In this document: one piece after another, positions 57,560 through 64,000 of the stretch | How the letters are laid out: each line of letters opens with the position of its first letter | How positions within the stretch are numbered: the first letter of the stretch is position 1 | Assembly (NCBI GenBank): GCA_963701965.1 | Contig: OY969695.1 | Span: 4,832,001-4,896,000 of the forward strand | From: an uncultured Gemmatimonadales bacterium | GTDB taxonomy: Bacteria; Gemmatimonadota; Gemmatimonadetes; Gemmatimonadales; Gemmatimonadaceae | DNA length: 64,000 bases | Direction of reading: 5' to 3' | Made by a program: the position numbers and the translations under genes | Notes under the pieces: model-generated | The model's input: the letters and a program-made list of their open reading frames with translations, nothing else | What the model was told of the DNA's origin: nothing | The model's database searches: none

Positions 57560-58561
57560 CTGCCCGCACGCGGCGCTAATGTCGACGCCGCGACTCTTCC
57601 GTAACGCGACCTCGACGCCGGCGCGGCGCAGTGCGCCGGCAAACGCGGTCGTCGCCGCCGCCGAGCTCGGTGTGAAACCAAGCGCGCCACCGGGGTGGAG
57701 CGGAATCAGATTGACGAACGCGCCGCAAGCGCGCGCCAGCCGGGCCAGCTGCGCGGCTTCGCCGGGGCGATCGTTGACCCCGCCCAGCAGCACGTACTCG
57801 AACGTGACGCGCCGCGTGAACGAGCGCGCCGCCGCGATGACGTCGGCCAGCGGGTACTTGGTATTGATCGGCATGAGCTCCCGCCGCAGCGCATCCGTTG
57901 GCGCGTGGATCGAGAGGGCGAGACGGAACTGTTCGGTTCGTTGGGCTAGCGCCTCGATCCCCGGCAAGATGCCGACGGTCGACACCGTGATGTGGCGCGC
58001 CCCGATGCCCAGCGCGCCCGGGTCGTTCAGGAGCGACAGGGCGGTGTCGACCGCCGGCCAATTCATGAGCGGCTCACCCATGCCCATGAACACGATATTG
58101 GTCGGCCGCATCGGCGGGTCCAGCAGCAGCATCTCGCGCACTTGCCCCGCGATCTCGAACGGCCGCAGGTTGCGCGCGAATCCCATCGCGCCGGTCGCGC
58201 AGAACGCGCACTGGAGCGCACATCCGGCCTGTGACGAGATGCACAACGTGAGGCGATTGCCCTCGGGAATCGCGACGGATTCGATCCCCTCGCCATCGGC
58301 CAGCCGAAACAGGAACTTCTCCGTGCCGTCCGCCGAGCGTTGGCGCGCGGCCAGCGCCAGTCGGGGCATCTCGAACGCCGCGTCGAGTGCCGAGCGGAGC
58401 CCAACCGGCAGCTCCGTCATAGCGGGAAACGACGGCGCGGGGTTACGCCACAGGCGATCCGCGACCTGTCGGGCGCGGTACTGCGGCTCGCCCGCGTCGC
58501 GCATGAAGCGCGCAAGCCGGCGCTCGGCTTCCTCGCGTGGCAGGTCGAGTAGGTTGTCCAT
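57488..58561 (-). CDS. rlmN: 23S rRNA/tRNA adenine C2-methyltransferase
   Basis: CISSQAGCALQCAFC, MGMGEP, AACGQL; ATG 58561. Confidence 0.95.
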   Translation of the reverse strand: MDNLLDLPREEAERRLARFMRDAGEPQYRARQVADRLWRNPAPSFPAMTELPVGLRSALDAAFEMPRLALAARQRSADGTEKFLFRLADGEGIESVAIPEGNRLTLCISSQAGCALQCAFCATGAMGFARNLRPFEIAGQVREMLLLDPPMRPTNIVFMGMGEPLMNWPAVDTALSLLNDPGALGIGARHITVSTVGILPGIEALAQRTEQFRLALSIHAPTDALRRELMPINTKYPLADVIAAARSFTRRVTFEYVLLGGVNDRPGEAAQLARLARACGAFVNLIPLHPGGALGFTPSSAAATTAFAGALRRAGVEVALRKSRGVDISAACGQLRVERLGRRAPRGAEQDRDVHVA

Positions 58562-58621
58562 GGGTCCCAGGCGGTTAGGTTTCGGTATCTGGATGAAGAC
58601 TAACCGACCAGTTGGGGGGAC

Positions 58622-60400
58622 GTGACGCCAGCGTCCACTGCCCCCGCCGCCACCGCGCTGCGCACGCATTACTGCGGCGCTCTGCGCGCGACAGACGCAG
58701 GCCGGACTGTTCGCCTCGGTGGCTGGGTACATCGCTCCCGCGACCTGGGCGGCATCGTATTCATTGATCTCCGGGACCGCACGGGATTGGTCCAGATCTC
58801 GTTCGATCCGCGTTGGACGCCTCCGGAGGTGCTCGCCGCGGCGGGGTCGGTTGGTGTCGAAAGCACCGTGTTGATCGAAGGCACGGTAGCCGAGCGTCCC
58901 GCGGCCGCCCGCAACGCCGATCTCGCCTCGGGTGACGTCGAGGTGCGGGCGACCGCGCTGCGCGTCGTCGGGCCCGCCCTCACACCGGCGATTCCGGTGG
59001 CCCGCGGCAAAGGGGAGCAGCTGCCCGCCGAGGAGCTCCGGTTGCGCAACCGCTACCTGGATCTCCGCCGGCCCGAGCTTCAGGCCAATCTCATCATGCG
59101 GCATCGCCTGATGCAGGCGACGCGGCGCCATCTCACGGATAACGGCTATCTGGAGATCGAGACGCCGATCCTGACGCGGCCGACGCCGGAAGGGGCCCGC
59201 GACTATCTCGTGCCCAGTCGGGTGCACCCCGGCGAGTTCTACGCGCTGCCGCAGTCGCCGCAGCTGTACAAGCAGCTGCTGATGGTCTCGGGATTCGACC
59301 GCTACTTCCAGATCGCGCGGTGCTTCCGGGACGAGGATCTGCGGGCGGACCGCCAGCCCGAGTTCACGCAGATCGACATCGAGGCATCGTTCGTCGAGCG
59401 GGATGACATCCTCGCGCTCGCCGAGGGATTGTTGGGCGCGGTCTTTCAGGAAGGCGGTGTGACCGTTCCGCGGCCGTTTCGCCGGATGTCCTACGCCGAC
59501 GCCATGGAGCGCTACGGCTCCGACCGTCCCGACTTGCGTTACGACTTCGAGTTGTTCGACGCCAGTGATGTCTTCCGGGAAACCGAGTTCACGATCGCGC
59601 GCGCGGCGTTGTCGCGCGGCGGCCGGGTGCGGGGCCTGCGCATTCCCGGTGGTGGGACGCTCTCCCGGAAGCAGGTCGATGAGCTGGAGGCACTGGCCAA
59701 GGGCGCCGGCGCGGGTGGACTCGTACGTCTCAAGCGCGCGGCGAACGGGCTGGAGGGACCAGCGGCCAAGTTCCTGAGCGACGGCGCCGCGGAACGCCTC
59801 GGGCTCGCCGACGGGGATCTCGCGCTCCTGGTCGCCGACCGCGACGAGGTCACGAGCCCGGCGCTCGATCGGGTCCGGCAAGAGGTCGCCCGACGCTTGG
59901 GCGCGATTCCGGGCGACACCCGGGAGTTCCTGTGGGTGCTCGACTTCCCAATGTTCGAGTGCGATCCACAGACCCGGCAGCTCTCCGCCATGCATCATCC
60001 TTTCACGATGCCTCACCCGGACGACCTGGCGTTGCTGGAAACGGCGCCGGAACGGGTGCGCGCGGTCGCCTACGATGCCGTGCTCAACGGCACGGAGCTC
60101 GGTGGCGGCAGCATCCGGATCAGCGACCCCGCGGTCCAACAGCGCGTGTTCGCGCAGTTGGGGATCGACGAAGCGACGGCGGACGCCCGATTTGGTTTCC
60201 TGCTGGAGGGGCTGCGGGGCGGCGCGCCGCCGCACGGTGGCATCGCGTTCGGATTCGACCGCATCGCGATGATGCTTGCGGGCGCCGGCTCGTTGCGAGA
60301 CGTCATCGCGTTTCCCAAGACGACCGCGGCGCGGGCGCTGTTCGAGGGCGCGCCGTCATCGGTGCCGGCCGCTGATCTCGAGGCGCTGCACCTCCGGTGA
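58622..60400 (+). CDS. aspS: Aspartate--tRNA ligase
   Basis: RTHYCG, PQSPQLYKQ, FRDEDLRADRQPEF, PPHGG. Confidence 0.97.
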   Translation: MTPASTAPAATALRTHYCGALRATDAGRTVRLGGWVHRSRDLGGIVFIDLRDRTGLVQISFDPRWTPPEVLAAAGSVGVESTVLIEGTVAERPAAARNADLASGDVEVRATALRVVGPALTPAIPVARGKGEQLPAEELRLRNRYLDLRRPELQANLIMRHRLMQATRRHLTDNGYLEIETPILTRPTPEGARDYLVPSRVHPGEFYALPQSPQLYKQLLMVSGFDRYFQIARCFRDEDLRADRQPEFTQIDIEASFVERDDILALAEGLLGAVFQEGGVTVPRPFRRMSYADAMERYGSDRPDLRYDFELFDASDVFRETEFTIARAALSRGGRVRGLRIPGGGTLSRKQVDELEALAKGAGAGGLVRLKRAANGLEGPAAKFLSDGAAERLGLADGDLALLVADRDEVTSPALDRVRQEVARRLGAIPGDTREFLWVLDFPMFECDPQTRQLSAMHHPFTMPHPDDLALLETAPERVRAVAYDAVLNGTELGGGSIRISDPAVQQRVFAQLGIDEATADARFGFLLEGLRGGAPPHGGIAFGFDRIAMMLAGAGSLRDVIAFPKTTAARALFEGAPSSVPAADLEALHLR

Positions 60401-61356
60401 CGGACACCGTCGTCACCCAGCGGCTCTCGACCGAAGGCGCCGACCTGCTGACGCTGGCGGGCGTCAACGACGCGAACCTGGTGGAGCTGGCCCGGCTATC
60501 GGGTGCGAAGGTGGCGCTGCGCGGCGAGGCGCTGTCGCTCACCGGCTCCGGCGAACACGTGGATCGCGCGGCCGTCGTTGCCACCCGCATGATCGAGGCG
60601 GCACGCCAGCGGGTCGCCGTGACGCCCGATGATGTCATGCGGATGCACTCCGACGAGTGGCAGACCGCGACCGGCGCCGCGACGACGGATGGCGCGCGCA
60701 TCGCCCTGCCCGGGGTGCGCAAGGTCATTCAGCCCAAGACGCCGGGCCAGGCCGAGTACCTGCAGCAGATCACCGACAATGACATCGTCGTCGGCGTCGG
60801 GCCGGCCGGCACGGGCAAGACCTATCTCGCCGTGGCCGCCGCGGTCGACGCGTTGGTGCGGAAGCGTGTGCGCCGCATCGTGCTGGCGCGGCCCGCGGTC
60901 GAGGCAGGGGAGAGTCTCGGCTTTCTCCCCGGGGACATGCAGGCGAAAGTGGATCCGTACCTGCGCCCACTCTACGACGCGCTCGACGAAATGATGCCCG
61001 CGGAACGCGTGCAGCGCGCGCTGGAGACGCGGACGATCGAGATCGCGCCGCTGGCCTTCATGCGCGGGCGTACCCTCGGCGACGCCTTCGTCATCCTCGA
61101 TGAAGCGCAGAACGCGACCAACCTGCAGATGAAGATGTTCCTGACGCGCCTCGGCGTGAACTCGAAAATCGTCATCACCGGCGACAAAACCCAGATCGAC
61201 TTGCCGAAGCGCGAGGAGTCAGGCTTGATCCAGGTCGAGCGCATCCTGCGCGGCATCGAGGGGATCGCGTTCCATTATTTCACGGACGCCGATGTCGTCC
61301 GCCACCGCCTCGTGCGCGATATCATCAAAGCGTACGCCGGCGACGAGGGCGCCTGA
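60397..61356 (+). CDS. phoH: PhoH-like ATPase (YbeZ)
   Basis: GPAGTGKT, RPAVEAGE, RGRT, DEAQN. Confidence 0.93.
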   Translation: MTDTVVTQRLSTEGADLLTLAGVNDANLVELARLSGAKVALRGEALSLTGSGEHVDRAAVVATRMIEAARQRVAVTPDDVMRMHSDEWQTATGAATTDGARIALPGVRKVIQPKTPGQAEYLQQITDNDIVVGVGPAGTGKTYLAVAAAVDALVRKRVRRIVLARPAVEAGESLGFLPGDMQAKVDPYLRPLYDALDEMMPAERVQRALETRTIEIAPLAFMRGRTLGDAFVILDEAQNATNLQMKMFLTRLGVNSKIVITGDKTQIDLPKREESGLIQVERILRGIEGIAFHYFTDADVVRHRLVRDIIKAYAGDEGA

Positions 61357-61359
61357 CCC

Positions 61360-62817
61360 GTGAATCTCTGGCGGCAATTCGACTGGATCGCGCCCAGCGC
61401 GGGGATCAGGCGCCAGGTCATCGGCGTGTTGATCCGCGCGGCTATTCTGGCCGCGCTCAGCCTGGCGACCCTCTTCATGTTCGCCGGCGGGGACCATCAT
61501 GCGCACAACGCCACGCACATGATCGGGCACTTCCTGTCGAACCTGTTGGTGTTGTCGGTGTTCGCCGGAACGCTCGCCCTGTATCGGCCGCAGCTGTACC
61601 AGTCGCTGCGGGCCATCGGCCTGTTCGCGCTGCTGTTCCTGGCCGTCCTCGGGGTCGCCGCCGCCGTTTCCCGCTCCGAGACGCCCCACGTCGAGCTGAT
61701 CCCGGTCGCCGTGGTGGGCATCTTGTTGAGTGTCTTGTTCGACCCCCGGGTGAGCGTGTTCGCCGCGATGGTGCTCGCCATCCTGATCGATCTCCAGCCG
61801 GCGTACGCGGGAACGGACGCGCCGTTCATTCTCCTGGTCGGCGGTGTCGCCGCGGCGTTCAGCGTCCGCGTCATCCGCCGGCGGGATCAAGCGTACTACT
61901 CGATTCTGGTGACGGCCGCGGCGTACGCGCTGGCCGAGGTGGCGATCGGGCTCACGGTCGGATGGTCGGCCCGGCAGCTGTGGTGGGGCGTGGGCTTCGG
62001 AATCGTGAATGCCGTCGTGTCCGTGGCGCTGGCGCTGATGCTCTTGCCGACGCTCGAAGAGCTGACGGGAGTCGACACGTATCTCAAGTTGCTCGAATGG
62101 TCGGATCTCAATCGGCCACTCATGCAGCGGCTCTCGGTCGAGGCGCCCGGCACGTTCGCGCACAGCATGCGGTTGGCCAACCTGGCCGAAGCGGCCTGCA
62201 ACGCCATCGGTGCCAACGGACTCCTGTCGCGGGTGGGCGCCTACTACCACGACATCGGCAAGCTCAAGAAGCCCGAGTACTTCGTCGAGAATCAGCCGCG
62301 CGGGCGCAATCCACACGACAAGCTCAAGCCGGCCACCAGTGCGGCGATCATCCGGAACCACGTGCGGGAGGGCCTGGAGCTGGCCTCGGAGAACAGTCTC
62401 CCGGCGGCCATCAAGGCATTCATCACCGAACACCACGGCACGGCGCCGATCACGTATTTTCTGGAGAAGGCCAAGGAGCGCGATGGCGCGCCGGCCAACC
62501 CGGCCGAGTTCGCGTATCCGGGCCCGATTCCGCAGTCGGCCGAGACTGCTATCTGCATGCTCGGGGATGGGATCGAAGCGTCCGCGCACGTGTTGCACGA
62601 TCCGACACCCGCCAAGATCCGGGACGTGGTCGACCACATCGTGCGCCAGCGCATCGACCAGGGGCAATTGCGGGAGGCGCCGTTGACGCTCAAGCAGCTC
62701 GAGGTCATCAAAGAGCAGTTCGCCCGCGTGTTGGTCGGGATGTACCACCACCGGATCGACTATCCAGCCACCGGTGGCGGGGTCACATCCGAGTTCGCGG
62801 CCACGGTCGCCCGCTGA
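61360..62817 (+). CDS. 7TM-HDIG phosphohydrolase (PgpH-like)
   Basis: Multiple TMs, APGTFAHS, YYHDIGK, EHHGT, YPGP. Confidence 0.88.
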   Translation: MNLWRQFDWIAPSAGIRRQVIGVLIRAAILAALSLATLFMFAGGDHHAHNATHMIGHFLSNLLVLSVFAGTLALYRPQLYQSLRAIGLFALLFLAVLGVAAAVSRSETPHVELIPVAVVGILLSVLFDPRVSVFAAMVLAILIDLQPAYAGTDAPFILLVGGVAAAFSVRVIRRRDQAYYSILVTAAAYALAEVAIGLTVGWSARQLWWGVGFGIVNAVVSVALALMLLPTLEELTGVDTYLKLLEWSDLNRPLMQRLSVEAPGTFAHSMRLANLAEAACNAIGANGLLSRVGAYYHDIGKLKKPEYFVENQPRGRNPHDKLKPATSAAIIRNHVREGLELASENSLPAAIKAFITEHHGTAPITYFLEKAKERDGAPANPAEFAYPGPIPQSAETAICMLGDGIEASAHVLHDPTPAKIRDVVDHIVRQRIDQGQLREAPLTLKQLEVIKEQFARVLVGMYHHRIDYPATGGGVTSEFAATVAR

Positions 62818-63239
62818 TGCTCTCGGTGTCGGTGTCGACCAATGGGACCCGGATTCCCGTCGCCCGTGAGCGCGTGAGCGCCATCGCCCGGGCGGTGCTC
62901 CGCGCCGAGCGCGTGACGGACGCCATGGTGTCGATCGCATTCGTGACGTCCCAGGCCATGGCCAAGCTCAATCGCCGTTTCCTGGGCCATCGGGGCCCCA
63001 CCAATGTCATCGCGTTCGCGTTCGGCTCGCCCACGATCGGTGATATCTACATCTGTCCCGACGTCGCCCGCCGCAATGCGCACCGGTTCGGCGTGGGAAT
63101 GCGCGAGGAGTTGGTGCGCCTCGTGATCCACGGTGTGCTCCACGTGGTCGGCCATGACCATCCCAATGGCGAGGCCCGCACGGCATCGCCCATGTGGCGT
63201 CGCCAGGAGCGGCTGGTGGGCCGTCTCCGCTCGGCATGA
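62817..63239 (+). CDS. ybeY: rRNA maturation endoribonuclease
   Basis: LNRRF, PTNVIAF, GDIYIC, HGVLHVVGHDH. Confidence 0.93.
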   Translation: MLSVSVSTNGTRIPVARERVSAIARAVLRAERVTDAMVSIAFVTSQAMAKLNRRFLGHRGPTNVIAFAFGSPTIGDIYICPDVARRNAHRFGVGMREELVRLVIHGVLHVVGHDHPNGEARTASPMWRRQERLVGRLRSA

Positions 63240-64000
63240 CGCCAGCTGCCACGTCAGCGGCTCTGGTCGCGGCGCTGGCGACCGGTCTGGCCACGCTCTG
63301 CGCGGTCGCCGACACCGCCACGCTGTCGTACGACAATGACGCGTCGTCCGAGGACCCTCCGGACCGCGGGTTGGACCGCCCGGCCCACCGGGTCTTCGCA
63401 TTCGCGAAAGTCGTCGCCCAGCTGATCGCCGGCGCGGCGGCGGCGCGGGCCCTGGGGCTCCACCTCGGCGCCGGGTTGGGCCGGAGCGCCGGTCTCTTCG
63501 CCGTCCTGGTCGCGCTGCTGCTGGCCGAGGCGCTCGGGCGCACGCTCGGGCACACCATCCGCGCCGAGCGCCTGGAGTGGCTCAACCGACTGTTGGGGCG
63601 CGTGCTGGCGCCGTATTTGATTCCCGCCGCCCGCATCAATGCCTGGCTGCACCGGCTGCTGGCGCCGCCGGCGCCCGACGCCGAGTCACGGGAGGAGGCA
63701 TCGGAGCAGTTCCGGGAGGTCGTGTCGGCGCACGTCGACGTCACGGGGCCCGGGGCGCACCTCCTGGAAGGCGCGCTGTCACTCGGGACCACCACGGTAT
63801 CCGACGTCATGGTCCCGCGGGTGGACATTCTGGGCATCGACGTCGCCACACCATGGTCGGAGACCGTGGATCGCCTGCGCAGCGCCGAGCACGCGCGGCT
63901 GCCGGTGTACGGGGAGACGGTGGATGACGTGCGGGGCGTGCTCTACGCCAAAGACGTGCTGTGGTCGGTGATCCAGGGGACGGAGCCGGAGGGCGGATGG
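63236..64000 (+). CDS. CorC/HlyC-family CBS-domain membrane protein (3' partial)
   Basis: Manual translation: TM N-terminus, VSDVMVPRVDI, HARLPVY, GVLYAKD; follows ybeY. Confidence 0.85.
   Translation, partial: MTPAATSAALVAALATGLATLCAVADTATLSYDNDASSEDPPDRGLDRPAHRVFAFAKVVAQLIAGAAAARALGLHLGAGLGRSAGLFAVLVALLLAEALGRTLGHTIRAERLEWLNRLLGRVLAPYLIPAARINAWLHRLLAPPAPDAESREEASEQFREVVSAHVDVTGPGAHLLEGALSLGTTTVSDVMVPRVDILGIDVATPWSETVDRLRSAEHARLPVYGETVDDVRGVLYAKDVLWSVIQGTEPEGGW

Overview
High-GC bacterial chromosome segment, mostly dense housekeeping operons; gene order and protein style suggest Gemmatimonadota (inference, unverified). Order: Ser/Thr kinase (partial), rpsO-pnp-M16 peptidase-ald, mreBCD-mrdA-rodA, accD-folC-hisS-proS-lysA-phosphoesterase-guaA, a ~3 kb accessory patch after guaA (PIN TA pair, secreted protein, atypical FixJ-type regulator, frameshifted NTF2/DUF4440 gene), ptsN, dusB-larB-tmRNA, chemoreceptor, a minus-strand truA-transaldolase-like-htrA-purB-purC-psd-pssA-purSQL-purF-ppdK operon, a trp cluster interleaved with lexA and signalling genes (GAF, HEAT, HD-GYP, chemoreceptor), folBK-panBC-yqeK-like-LytR_C, rlmN, and aspS-phoH-HD-ybeY-corC (partial). 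Best observations: three +1 frameshifts all in CAGAATG (likely a motif-specific sequencing error, possibly marking DNA modification); a transaldolase fold lacking its catalytic residues; two CCGAA-N6-CCGAA candidate LexA boxes abutting trpC; degenerate copies of the guaA 3' end delimiting accessory cassettes; a one-piece tmRNA with a GGCAGUA T-loop; and a 154-bp degenerate tandem duplication before folB. No CRISPR array, integrase, transposase, rRNA or tRNA was seen. All calls come from motif recognition by eye, with no database searches.
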